This document shows positions 24,328 through 38,060 of a stretch of DNA of 64,000 bases, in pieces. Each line of letters starts with the position of its first letter. The first letter of the stretch is position 1. The stretch comes from Octopus bimaculoides (taxonomy: Eukaryota). Made by a program: the position numbers and the translations under genes. The DNA is taken from contig NC_068984.1 in NCBI RefSeq assembly GCF_001194135.2, positions 37,572,307 through 37,636,306 on the forward strand. The letters are read 5' to 3'. Below the pieces are notes generated by a model. That model made no database searches and had not been told where the DNA came from. It saw nothing but the letters and a program-made list of their open reading frames with translations.

Positions 24328-24492
24328 TAGGCGCAGGCATGGTTGCGTGGTTAAAGAGTTTGTTTGCAATCTCGTCATCTGAGTTCAGTCCTACAGCGCG
24401 GCAACTTGAGTAAGTGTGTTCCAATATAGCCCCGGACTGACTAATGCCATATGAGTATATTTAGTTGTCGGAAACTGTATGGAAGCCCGTTC
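24328..24492 (+). mobile_element. SINE family B head (degenerate)
   Basis: ggcgcaggcatggttgcgtggtt...gagttcagtcc...ggaaactgtatggaagcccg. Confidence 0.75.
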
Positions 24493-24518
24493 TAAAGATT
24501 GTGTGCTAGAGTATCTGT

Positions 24519-25227
24519 ATTATTTCTTTACTACCCACAAAGGGGACAAACAAGGACAGACAAACGGATTAAGTCGATTATATCGACCCCAGTGCGTAAC
24601 TGGTACTTATNNNNNNNNNNNNNNNNNNNNNNNNNNNNNNNNNNNNNNNNNNNNNNNNNNNNNNNNNNNNNNNNNNNNNNNNNNNNNNNNNNNNNNNNNN
24701 NNNNNNNNNNNNNNNNNNNNNNNNNNNNNNNNNNNNNNNNNNNNNNNNNNNNNNNNNNNNNNNNNNNNNNNNNNNNNNNNNNNNNNNNNNNNNNNNNNNN
24801 NNNNNNNNNNNNNNNNNNNNNNNNNNNNNNNNNNNNNNNNNNNNNNNNNNNNNNNNNNNNNNNNNNNNNNNNNNNNNNNNNNNNNNNNNNNNNNNNNNNN
24901 NNNNNNNNNNNNNNNNNNNNNNNNNNNNNNNNNNNNNNNGGCAAAGTCGACCTCGGCGGAATTTGAACTCAGAACGTAGCGGCAGACGAAATACCTATTT
25001 CTTTACTGCCCACAAGGGGCTACACACAGAGGGGACAAACAAGGACAGACAAACGGATTAAGTCGATTATATTGACCCCGGTGCGTAACTGGTACTTAAT
25101 TTATCGACCCCGAAAGGATGAAAGGCAAAGTCGACCTCGGCGGAATTTGAACTCAGAACGCAGTGGCAGACGAAATACCGCCAAGCATTTCGCCCAGCGT
25201 GCTAACGTTTCTGCCAGCGCGCCGCCT
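24519..25227 (-). mobile_element. Tandem SINE family A copies (24519-24995 gapped; 24996-25227 complete)
   Basis: Both carry the acaaggacagacaaacggattaagtcgatta tail and gcaaagtcgacctcggcggaatttgaactcagaac core. Confidence 0.9.
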
Positions 25228-25521
25228 TTATCTGTATCTGTATGTTTGTTTCCTCCCCTTGACAACAGGTATTGGTTCGTTTATGTCCCCGTAACTTAGC
25301 AGCTCATCAAAAATAAGAGATTTTGAAAAATAAGTACTGGTGTCGATTTGATCGACTAAATCCTTCAATAGAAAACGAATACACGCACAAACGCACACAT
25401 ATGCACACACAGTCCGACAGACAAACAGACATACTTCAAGTATTGTACAAGAATTCAAATTAGCCACTGGAATTTCAACACGTTTCTTTAAAAATACGCA
25501 GTAACGCATTTGCTTTTACAT

Positions 25522-25684
25522 AGGCGCAGATGTGGCTGTATGGTAAGATCTTTGCTTCCCAACCACATAGTTAAGAGTTCAGTCCCACTGCGTGACACCT
25601 TGGGCAACTGTCTTTGTGAGTGGATTTGGCAGAGGGAAACTGAAAGAAGGCAGTCGTATATATAAATGTGTGTGTGTACGTGTG

Positions 25685-25716
<32 letters not shown>

Positions 25717-25729
25717 TGCGTGTGTGCGT

Positions 25730-25788
<59 letters not shown>

Positions 25789-25905
25789 TGCGTGTGTGTG
25801 TGTGTGTGTGACTACCGCTTGAAAATTGGCATTAGTTTGCTTACGTCCCCGTATCTTAGCGGCAGCAGTCTAATGACTGAGATAAGTTTAAGATAAAGAT
25901 ATTCA
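25522..25905 (+). mobile_element. SINE family B split by a (TG)/(CGTG) microsatellite
   Basis: Head 25522-25660, microsatellite ~25667-25810, tail ~25810-25905. An orphan family B tail also lies at ~25240-25365. Confidence 0.85.
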
Positions 25906-26459
25906 TCAAGATGTTTCGAACAGAAGCTATGTAAATTTGTAACGGTTCAGCATTACATCAGAGACTACATTTTGGGATCCGAATCTAAGCACGAATTGCA
26001 TATAATGTATCTGCAATAACCCGTTCCATCTTAAATTTATGACATCCTGCCAGCAACACATGGATATGTTTCCTATGAGTTATCAATCCAATTATGTACT
26101 GGAAATAAACAGCTTAATGCTGTAGATTCGTTGCCTTTTTTATGAGTTAAGTGGAATAATGTTTTTGTTTGTTGATACAATACCAACAAATACTTAACTT
26201 TCAGAATAAATCTTTGACTTTTTTGCAGGAGTGTAATTATATGAAAATGTATTGCAGATTTAGAATAATGAAAACGAAATTGAAATCTAATTCGATTTAA
26301 AAGCAATAAATAATATTGTTTTGTTTTTATTGTTTAATATCTAGAAATTAATATCAAGTCATTGTTTACTGACTAAATACATTTAACGACTTTAAATTGA
26401 TAGCTGAAAATAAACTAATGACATTTATTGATTTATGAAATATTCCCCTAAATATATCG

Positions 26460-26640
26460 ATCCGCCGAAGAAGTAATACCAACGTAGACTTTTGAACTAT
26501 CGGAATTTCGTCTGCCCTGCTATACACAGAGTTCAAATCCTGTTGAGTTCAATTTTGCCTCCTGTCCCTTTTGTGGACTGATAGAATGAGATGAAGTTAT
26601 ATATTAGGGCTCAATTCAAATTATTATAAACTTTCCTTTA
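26460..26640 (+). mobile_element. Old SINE family A copy
   Basis: ggaatttcgtctgcc...gagttcaaatcc...ttttgcctc...gatagaatgag; degenerate match. Confidence 0.55.
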
Positions 26641-29560
26641 CACAATCTTTGTACTTTGTCGAAAAAAAATCATTTGATCGGTGCTGGTGAGATTAGTCAA
26701 ATTTTCTAGTTATTGTTTAACAAATAAAACAGAGTGAGAAATGTTTCGACATAAATCTTTCTCCAATATATATGTAGACATAGCTTGAGGAAAATGGACT
26801 TTAGTAAACTGACTTGTACACTATAAAAATCAAAATATTCTCTAGTGACAGAGACAGAGGAAGTTTCATTCACAAAGGTTTCATCCATAAACTCACAGTT
26901 AGCTTCCGATGCGTTGTGTCATCCATAGTTTTTCTACCACACTAAAATAGTCACTGCTTCTCTGAATCTGCCAACTTGTATACTATCTTTCCACCAAAAC
27001 TACTCACAACACACTCTTCTTATTTCTATTGTTACTCATTTTTAAGATCCAATGTTTACTCATAAGACTGACTGCCTGCTCATATATTTCCCTTTGCCTA
27101 ATCATCAGCCTTCATAAGCAGAACCTGAATACCAATCACGTCAATATCCCTATTGCGACGAGAGTGAAAGTAAGATAACTTGAGTATTCCACTTTTTCTA
27201 GACTAATAAAAAATATATCAACTTACACTTATTACAAAAATGTATTATTATTTTGGTGGTATACTAGTTTAACATTTATCCCTTTTGAAATCGAGCCAAA
27301 CCGTCAAAGAAAAATTTTGTTGCCCATATTCCTTCGTAGATAGATACACGTATTTATTTAGAGAAGGATAGAAAATTATCGTGTTCACCCTATTCCCTTA
27401 TTGGCATAAGTAAAGTGAAGTAGACATAAACTAAGAATTGTAATCGGATCGCAAATACATTTCAAGGGAATTTATTTTAGTTTCACAAAACACTCTGCTC
27501 AATAACCATTAATTAAACACTATATTATAAGACTTCGAAGTTTGTTGTAGCAGCTGGTGAATTTAGAACAGAAGATAAGAACCTTTTAAATTAAGATTTA
27601 TAAAACATTTTTATTTCTTGATCCTTTCAGAAAAAAATGTCCATTGGCTAACTTCAAACTTGACTAAATAACCTATTTTAGTTATTCTCAATAGATTTAA
27701 TATTGGTGAGTTTGTTTGTTTCTTTGTTGCCGATTAATTTATTGATTCTTATTCCATATCATCTGCTCTATGAAAACATTACATCTACCACAAAACAATA
27801 TAGCATTTTTTATACAAATTTTCCAAAAATTCTTTAGTATCTATTTTCTCTTCTTTTTTTTATTCCGAGTGAGAGTTTTTCTTTATTTTTTGTGCGTGCT
27901 TCTTTTTTTCTTTTCAGATAAACCTATCTGAGATGTCTTCAAAAACAAAATATAGTATTGACTGACGGGGGAAAAACAGACATTCCGTTTTCAGGCAAAT
28001 TGATGTTTTCTTTGAGAGGTTTGTTGTTCGTTGAGAGGTTAATCAATAGCTGCTAATAACCTCAAAGTTTAATCCCAATTGGCGTCGGGGTTGAAACTTT
28101 GATGTTAAAAGAAGAGAATGTCTTGATAGACCTATTTTTCTAGTTAAAAACGAGACCCCCCCCCCCGCCTTTTCTTTTCATATTCATGACCAATTTGTTC
28201 ATCTATAAAAAAATGTCTTAGTGACTGTAAAAGGAATGATTATATTGATTCTGAAATTAGACACAGATGTTTGTAGTCTTGAGATGAATCATTAGCTTGA
28301 ATTAGAAACTTTTGACAACTATTCAAGTGTTTGAAATGTTTAGTAGTGAACCACATGTTCAACAACTGACACTACAAAAATACATTACTTCCGAAGAACA
28401 TTCTAGCGGTAAAGTTTGATAATCAGCACGTTTGCTATTGGGTGATTTACCTGTGGACAAAGATAATTGGTTGGTGTTTCGCTCAAGGTTAACACACGAT
28501 TTATGCCTAAGAATGTCGATTTACATTAATAGAAGCCGTTTTATTTGTGTGTGCTGAATTTAAACAGCATGATGAATCCAATTTGTTAAGAATGTTAAGT
28601 TGCCAGTGGTTTAAATAGTTTCTGTACACCAATCATTGAGAAAAGTTAAATGAATGTACAAATGTTTGAATGCAAAAGTAGTTTATTCCAATATATGTAG
28701 GCATTTAAAAATGTACGTGTATACAACTAGGAATTAAAGTAGTGCCATATATTTAGAAATGTTTTACCAGTTTAGAATATATATTAAATGTGGTAGTATA
28801 GACGTGCGATAGGTTCAACATAAAATAACTTTAGTAAATACATTATACATAGTTATATACTGTGCAAATGTAAACCGTTGCAAACGTTAAATCCATAGCA
28901 TTAAAATACATATTAAATAGAGAAGAGGATCATGATTTAACCTGCCCAGCAATTAGACAACTATCTGGTATGGATCATAACAAATTCTCTCAAAGCATGT
29001 CAGAGTACTTTGAGCTACGATTGACTTACGGTCGATGAAGTGAACTCGCCACTGCAAATGTGGAAATCACGTCTGATGTAGAATACCTTACGTCCTACAT
29101 GTTTCAAACTGACCAATCAGAAGACTCATATTTATTGTAACTTTCTTTCAGAAATATAGAGCAGTTAAAATAATTGTGGACTTCTAAAACATTCAAAAGT
29201 ATTGAGAAAGAAAATGTTATTAGTACAACGGAGTGCTAGACATATACTTGTAAAACTCCTAATATTTTACTGCTAAATATGGTATCAAGCAAGAGATAAT
29301 CGACTTGTGAATAGAGAGCGTGATTGCATCTATCTGTGTTGATGGGTATATATGGACTACGTTCTCTCTCTCTCTNNNNNNNNNNNNNNNNNNNNNNNNN
29401 NNNNNNNNNNNNNNNNNNNNNNNNNNNNNNNNNNNNNNNNNNNNNNNNNNNNNNNNNNNNNNNNNNNNNNNNNNNNNNNNNNNNNNNNNNNNNNNNNNNN
29501 NNNNNNNNNNNNNNNNNNNNNNNNNNNNNNNNNNNNNNNNNNNNNNNNNNNNNNNNNNNN

Positions 29561-29592
<32 letters not shown>

Positions 29593-29974
29593 TGTATGTG
29601 TGTATGTATATAAAGGAAAAACTTAATCGTCATTAATTGTGATTGAGAGTACTGAATACCACCTATATTGCAAGAAATAAGAGTTAAAACGCTTAAGACT
29701 GTATGAAGCGCACAGTATATATACACTTAATGGTCTTATATAGCGCCTAGCTGTTTATCTTAATTTTCAGTATGCACATAGGCATTTCGTTAAATACGTC
29801 ATGAATTTATATGGTAAATATATGTACCGACAGATCGATGGAGTAGTCACTGCTGACAATTTTCTTTCATGATCTTATATTGCACCTAAGTGTTTATATT
29901 AATTCGTATATGTACATATATATGTACGAAAGGTATATGTATATTAATATATACATATATCCATCATGGTATTG

Positions 29975-30180
29975 ACGCTTAAAGAGAGAGGCGTGAACAA
30001 CCTCCATATAAACTAGAACGCCATAGCTAAGGCCAACAGATATAAGGGACGGGTCAGCAAATGCGAGCTCTGTGTCACGGAAAAATTAAATATCATAACA
30101 TCAACAATGAATGTTTTAAAGATTAGGGAAGAGAACATCTCCACTTGCCTGCACAAGAAATAATTCATACTTCGAAATTA
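29975..30180 (+). mobile_element. Naiad-type Penelope-like element, C-terminal fragment
   Basis: LKERGVNNLHIN*NAIAKANRYKGRVSKCELCVTEKLNII...REENISTCLHKK*FILRN* matches the post-GIY-YIG CxLCxxEK...CRH tail. Confidence 0.7.
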
Positions 30181-30499
30181 ATTTCAAGCGTGACCCAGAC
30201 TCTGCCACCCTTCCAGCCTGGATATAAGTTTTGGATATCGATTGTATAAACATTGTACATCAAAAACATATACTCCCATGAACTTAAACTGGATTCCCTA
30301 GCAACACAAATTTATATGCATAACACATATTCATGACATCACATAATACACAGGAAAAATATATGCAAATGAACTTATGAACTTACAACTCCATGGACAA
30401 ATTTAAAAATCTATGAAATCCCATAATCATCATATGCACATACTTAAACACTTAAACACGAGCAAAAATGCATGTTGCAGGTGTATATTTATATATGCA

Positions 30500-30541
<42 letters not shown>

Positions 30542-30955
30542 CACGCACACACGCACACAAACACACACATATGCGCGCGCGCTCTTAGTCGCATTCAGTG
30601 ACGATTGTATTTTTTCCTTTATACCACATTGCACATAGCTGTTTATATGAATTTTTGTATACACATTAGCGATCCACTAAATCATCCATAAAGTTTTATG
30701 GTAAATGCATATATGCCGACAGGAGGATTGGCCCGGAAATAGCCAAAACTGGACGTTCAGTCTAAGGAATCCTCGAGTCGGTGCTTTGGGCGACTGCAGC
30801 CCCTGTCAGTATATATGTATACACTTATGTACTTTTCCTACAGCATTAGGAGCAGTTTAGCTCTGATTTCGAGCAACGTCGGTGTCTTGGTACCCTTAGT
30901 CGCGTTCAGTGACGATTGTATTTTCCCTTTGTGGTATCACATTGCGCAAATATTA

Positions 30956-31030
<75 letters not shown>

Positions 31031-32552
31031 TATGCGTGTGTGTGGATGTATAAATGGCTGGCTAGATGGATGGATGAATAGATGGATGGATGGATGGATG
31101 CGTATGTCGGTATGTATGTTTACATATATGTATGTATATATTTATAAATATGAGCATGCATGAACGTTCTCGCATGAGATAATTAAGAAATTAACTAATT
31201 TATCATGATCACAATTTCTTGCAAAAATCCAGGGATAAGGCAAGGGGGATAACAACCAAGATATTCTTAGAAAGGGAACTCCACACCTCTTTCGTGCTAT
31301 ATATGGCAACTGAAAGACAAGCGTGCTAATTTTAAAATCTCCTGATCTATTTTAACCAAAATGACAAATATATAATGGAAAAAAGCTTCTACAACTGCAT
31401 CGTAAAACGATTGACATTCTAAGCAGGTATTAATTAGTGAATCTCTTAATGAAAATACATTTTCTTTTTCTAACCACAATAAAAGACTTTAACTGGATTA
31501 AGGCACCAGATTTAAATTCTAACTATGCTGGGGAAATAACTAGCTGACAAGCCAGATGTGGCCAAACGGACGTCCAATTATAGCTGTATCATCCAACTGT
31601 ATCAAACTTCTCCCATGTCCAACCATGTCCATCTGAGGATTATATTGTGGCGTGAGACTTTGAGTAACGAGATGTTACGAGTCTTACACTAATATATATT
31701 CAATAAATTACTAATATATATTCAATAAATTACTCTAAATTATTAGGCTTTCTTTACTTTGTAAAGTTATTTTGAAGCAGTAACGGTTGCAAATAAAACG
31801 TTGTGACGAAGCGTATACTTGTGTCTGTGTGTACATATGTAAATTGGTGAAAATACCTTGTCGCATTTAAGTTCGTAAAATGAATATAACTGTCTGATGG
31901 GACATAAATCTGCTGTGATTAGCCATTCAATATATAGAGATCATTAAAATGATAATGAAACAAAGAACTTTGATTAATAATATTGACTAAAATCAGTCAT
32001 GTCTAAAGCCTTTGTTTCCCAGCTTGGCTGCAGTCCAATGCTTGAAACCAATAAAATTGTTCTTACTTGCACCAATTTCTTCTTTGCTTAAAAATATTGA
32101 CTATTCGTTTGAACCAGTATATCATTTGTCGTAAAGTAAGCAATCTATAGAAACGATAGAACTCCAAACTAAATGTCTAATAGTATTCTCGTCTTTCTAC
32201 CTTATAAAGTCATTCAAAAGGGTCAATTTAGCTTTTCATACATCTGAAGGTCGAATATCTATACAAAGTATTAATGCTGTTTCAACTATCTGCTACCCAC
32301 CTCCCATTAAAACAAATAGGCTTTTTATTTTAGTTACTGGGGATTATTTTAATGAAGTATGCAAGTTGAGATCATTCAGTAAATATTTGTTTATTTTACT
32401 TTTGGGGTGCATAGAAGCCAATTGAAACAATAGAATATTATATCAGTCGTCATCAAACACCTATAAAGTGTTAGAAAATTAAATTATGTCAAGAATATGA
32501 CCTTGTACCCTACCGCCTGAAGCATTTTAATCAAGAACATATTTGAACTTTA

Positions 32553-34021
32553 CACCCCAGAACCACGCTAATAGCTTCGGAGTGAAATTAGAGATTTCTT
32601 GGTTTTCAGTGAATCGACTTTGATAAAACTTTTCCAGCTGGTTTCCACACTATGGCAACACCATTGTTATGTTTTCACTATTCTGTGTAACGTCCTTTTT
32701 TTTATTTCAGATGCTTCAGTTTTGGGGTGAACCACGCTAGTAGCTTTAAAATGAAAATAGCTCATCTAGACATTTTTTTGTTCAGAAAATGAAGGATAAT
32801 GATGCATATTGAGCATAGATTGAGTATATATTTAATAGAAAACCATAATAATATTATAACATGTATTGACATAATGAATTATTTAGCCACATGGGCGCCA
32901 TTTCGACGGATAACTTCAAAAATCCTATTAGTCATGGACTTTGTCAATTTCTTAATAGCAGCAGGTTGGACTGCCTCTGCTGCAGCTTTGATGGTCGCCC
33001 ATAAGATATCTTTCGGCGTAAATTGGCGTCCATCGGCATAAACATTTTGTTTAATGATGAACCAAAGATTTTCGATTGGGTTGAGATCCGGAGATGCTAG
33101 CGGCCACACTATCAACCTTTTACCCTGTATGCCGTAAGACCCTAGTAATGTTTGGGTGGTCCTAGCAGAATGGGAGGGAGCGTTGTCATGCATGAATACA
33201 AGATTCCTTAGAAGTGACAGCAGTGTATCATCTAGCCAGGGGTCCAAGCCCTCCTTCAGGAGATTGCAGTAGGTGGCTGCGGTCAATTTAACCTCTTCAG
33301 GCACCCTGACTGGCCAACAAGTCTGTCCCCAATGATACTAGCCCACAACGTGACTCCTCCACCCTGTTGTTGACGTTGTAAACGTCAGTGATGCTCATCT
33401 CCAAAATAAACCCAACCATTTACCCAACCGTTAGTTTCGTCATGAGTCGCCCTGGTTTCGACAGAGAACAAACCGCAAATCTTGTCTAACGTCATGTACT
33501 TTTGGGCCCATTGAAGCCTCAAACTCCTGTGAGAAGGCCGTTTCAGGGGTTCTCGCACGGAAGCCATCGTCCCGAGGATGCGATTACTGCTGGTTTTTGG
33601 TACATGAGGAAGTCCGGAGGCAGTGAAAATGGCTTTGCTTCTTTGTCCAGGTTTCCCACGTAACTTGCGACCAATATTCCTTAAATCCCTAGCTGTCACA
33701 GTTTTCGAGCTCCATGTCAATAACTGTTATAATATTATGGTTTTCTGTTAAATATATGCTCAATGTATGCTTAATATGCATCATTAACCTTTATTTTCTG
33801 AAATAAAATGTCTATTTTCATTCAAAAGCTACCAGCGTGGTTCACCCTAAAACTGAAACATCTGAAATATAAAAGAAAGGACGTTACACGGAATAATGAA
33901 AACATAACAATGGTATTGTCACAGTGTGCAAACCAACTGGGAAAAGTTTTATCAAAGTCGATTCACTGAAACCCGAGAAATCCTAAATTTCACTCCTAAG
34001 CTATTAGCGTGGTTCTGGGTG
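32553..34021 (-). mobile_element. Tc1-family DNA transposon, DD37E (TRT-like), long IR/DR termini, defective
   Basis: TA-flanked. TIRs ~32553-32872 and ~33714-34021. Transposase pieces: KTVTARDLRNI...LFSVETRAT...QGGGGVTLWASII...FMHDNAPSH...WPLASPDLNPIENLW...RNGAHVAK* (stop 32879-32881). 37 residues lie between the second D and E. Confidence 0.93.
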
Positions 34022-36619
34022 TATACACCATATTCCATGTATTAACTACTTTACAGGAACCTGTGCCAATGAGTTGGTTTCGCTTCTTTGCAAATTCTTT
34101 TTCCTCTTCACTACTAACACTCATGAGAAATTTAGCCGCAGCCCATTTACCAAATATTCAAGTTATAAAATTTTGTGGTAATCAAATGTAAACAGTATTG
34201 TTTATGTAAAGAAAAACAAATGACGATTCAGTAATCTTAACTCTTGGTAATCTTCTACAAACGGTACCTTTGCTACACCTGTGCTCCGTACGTGAGAAAG
34301 ATTTATCTCTCAGCTTAGCACCAACTAACTGAAGTTAAGCACCAGCCTTTAAAAGCAGCTAAGAACCTAATGACTTTTACAATTTTCCAATATAATTTTA
34401 TGTAGAACAGAGTCGATGAATGCTTAGATATTTGCAGTTTTCTGATTCTGGCGTTTATCCAATTTAAGGCTGTAAATTTTTAGTACAATCTATTTATTGT
34501 TTTACTTTTCTGAGCTCAAATGCAATTAGTATCACTTTTGTTTCTCATCCTATTAAGTACCATTAAAAAAACATAAATAAACATTTATCTCTATATCGAA
34601 TACTATAAAGCAACGTATACGCTCTCAGGAAACCAAAACTGTGACGCATTTTCAATCCGAAGTTGAATCAGTTACTAGCTATTTTACCTACAATACTCAC
34701 ACACTTAGAACCAAGCGATTAGGGATCCTCGGCCTGCGAGGAATAATGGCCAAACTGATATCAAATTAGACTAAAAAAATAATGACACATTTATTATGCA
34801 TAACTAGATACAGTAAAGACAGAGGCTCGTAACTAGGATACCTTTGATCATATTTGTTCAATTCAGATCTAATCCGGGATAAAACACAAGAGTAACATTC
34901 ATAAAGTATAGGGCATATTATTCTTTTATAATTAGCTAAACAAAATTAGTGTGTAGTTATCACTCGACAAGAGTTAATACACTACACTAATATTCTGATC
35001 AAAAAATATTTCAAGATGCAGCATAAACATTATGGATCCTCTAATAAGTATAAAGGCTGTTTGGTTAATAAATTCGCGTTGTGATCAACTCGCTTCTTTT
35101 TCAATTCCGCTTTGTCAACTGTCTTCTAATGTAGCCTCGGGTCATCCAATACATTTTGAGTGTCATTACAACATTAGGCTGGTGAGATATATACATGTAA
35201 ATATACATAACCAAATATAAAATACATCAAGTAGAGAGCATCACTAACGAGTGAAAAATACGTAGACATACAATGAAAGACAAGTACAGGACAATATACC
35301 AAAATAGGTCTAACCCCTCCTCAGTTGTCGACTGTTAATTACTCCCTATTTCGAGCTTTCAATGACAAGATAGGAAACCATAATACAGCAGCATCCAGAA
35401 ATTTTTAAAATATAAAATTTGTGGTGAGTTAGAACTTCGAACAAACAAAAAGCGACAGAGTACATCCACCCTGGGGCTGACCAATATATTCGAGGCTCCG
35501 GTAAAGCTATAAGGTGTTATTCAGACGCTCAGCTGTGAGTCCATTGCATCTTATAGCAGAAACAGCGGTAAGCTAATGAAGTTCATAAGATAATCATTTA
35601 TTCCTGTGTCATTCTCTCTTTCTTGTAAATGTGTGTGTGTGTGTGTTTGTGCGCATGTGTAAGTGTGTGTGTGTGAGCGCGTCAGTGTGTGCCTGTGTGT
35701 GTGTATGTATGTACGTATATATGTATGTATGTACGTATGAATGCATTGCCAGAGAAATTGTAAAGCTGTGAGGTAATGTATTAATATTTTTAATAAGGTA
35801 TTCGACTTTTTTATCTTTATTCCTCGTTAGAGACTTTTATCGCAATCCCTGGCTGCTTCAGAATAACTTTACGAAGTAAAGAAAGCCTATTGAATATACA
35901 TTAGTAATTCATTGAGTAAATTTTCATTCATTAGTTTTGTGAGTTATACTTCTATTAAGGTGAATTAAAATGCACTTCGTCTAATCTATGTCTTATTAGT
36001 CATAGGTAATGAGCTTAAATAATTATCCAGTAGAGTACTGGACGAGTTAGCCATAGCATCGACGGATGAATTAAAGTTCTCTTTATACAAATCGCTTACT
36101 CTAGTACGTGTGTTCGTATCGGTCAATTTCTAATACACCTCACACGATTGACTGCGTGGTCCATCATCAATGAAGGAAATTGATAAACCAAACTAAAGTG
36201 GGCGGTGTTTAACACCAAAACAATATCTTGAAACTGGAGAGATTTCTAAGATTGTGCATCGATACATTCATATATTATTTATTGTGGTATGTATTTGTTT
36301 TTTGTTGCTTTTCTTCTTTTGTCGCAGTCTCGAACCTGAAATATTTAGAACTCTTTGTAAATTTTTCTTGAACTCTTTTCGGAGTTGTACTTCGACTAAG
36401 ATGAAAGACGTATCATATATGTATGTGTGTGGAGAGGCAGACAGACAGGCAGAGAAATAGAGAGAGAAAAACATATAGACTTCTCTCCAACAACAATTCA
36501 AAAGCATATCATAAAACAAACCCAAACACATATAGACTTTAAAAAGACTCGTAAGATTTTGCCTCCACCCTTAAGACAGATGAGAGAATAAAGTGCCTGA
36601 TAATCCATCAACCATATAT

Positions 36620-38060
36620 TACATTAAAAGACATACACACACGTTTAACAGGCCTACAAGATGACTTATTAACCCTACTAAAACCAAATTAGATAAAATC
36701 GGTAAAAATAAATTAGATTCAATCAAAACTTGTATTATGCAAGCCGCTAACTTTCCACTTTGTAATGAAAGCACTCCGGTCATTAATTGGTTTAACAACA
36801 TACATGACAAGCATAACTGCAAATTTACAGTTTAGCAATGTGGAATTCTATGCTTCAATAATCTAACCACTCTCATAAAAAGTGTTAGTTTTTGATAATA
36901 TACTCACTACAATTAGCAGCATGGACACCGATGTGGTCATTCACACAAGAAAATCACTTTTCTTTGATGACTTATTCTGGATTAAACGTAATAGCACAGA
37001 GCTATTCGATAACCCGTGGGTTGCTTTGATGGAGCTGAAATGCGTTACTTAATAGGATTATTAATCTTCGGTACTCTTCGGAAAAATTTAATCAAGTAGA
37101 TGTAGGACTTAGCAGAAATGACGAATTAATCATATCGCGTAATAAATACGACTACAAATTAGATAGATTTTGAAAAGATCTAATTGACGCATTCAAAGAC
37201 TTTAACCTAAGAATTACCGTCAGTACTAACATCCTAACATCGCAGTAGTAAATTTCTTAGACATAACCCTAAATTTAAATTCAGGTAAATATAATCCCTA
37301 CAGAAAACTCTAATGAGACCCTACAATACATCCACAAATACTCCAACTATATACACGGTAGAAACATTGCTAAACGAATCTAGGTCATATGCTTTCATAC
37401 AGAATCCTGTACCACGCTACAAAATATTACAACAACACGTTACATAGAATACATTTTACAGGCAAAATACATTAGTTTAACAGAATGATACAACTGCTAA
37501 CAAAACAAAAAATATCATTTGGTATAATTCACCATCTCATAGCGTTCTATATTTCTTATATCTAATAAACAAACACTTTTCAACAAACTATATGCTCAAC
37601 AAAAGCTTCAATAAAAACAGGTTGAAAGTAAGTTGCAATTGTGATATATTTGCCGCCTCCTTAGCATGAATAAACAGGAAAATCTGATACACTCAAAATT
37701 CACCACCACAATGCAATTCTTTTGACACTAATTTTAGCCCACTAAATCGTCAAATCATAAAAAAATTTACATATGTGTATCTTTAAAATTTTTTAAACCG
37801 GATTTAATCAGCATATTTAGTCCTTTACACACGAACATGACAAAATACACAGCTAAACTGTCTAACTATCTTTAGGATCTGAAAGTCAAAGGTATCGGTA
37901 TTTTGAAGAAACAAGGATTAATCATTAAAGCCCTGCTCTCATACATCAATTGATGCAAACGCCTTCCCTGTGTATCTGAAAAATACAATACATGAATGCA
38001 ACTGCTTAATTTGTTAAACTCTAAGCTTGAATTAGTTTTTCCTTGACCTCAGCAGAGGAC
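36620..38060 (+). mobile_element. Highly decayed Naiad-type Penelope-like element (RT to GIY-YIG tail)
   Basis: Relics of ITLKD...RPT-RLINPTKTKL...VINWFNNIHDKHNCKF...VEFYASI; FNQHI*SFTHE...KLSNYL*DLK; PCVSEK. Many indels. Confidence 0.7.

Noticed and set aside
31688-31731. Perfect 22-bp tandem duplication
   Set aside because: Ordinary slippage product with no further structure.
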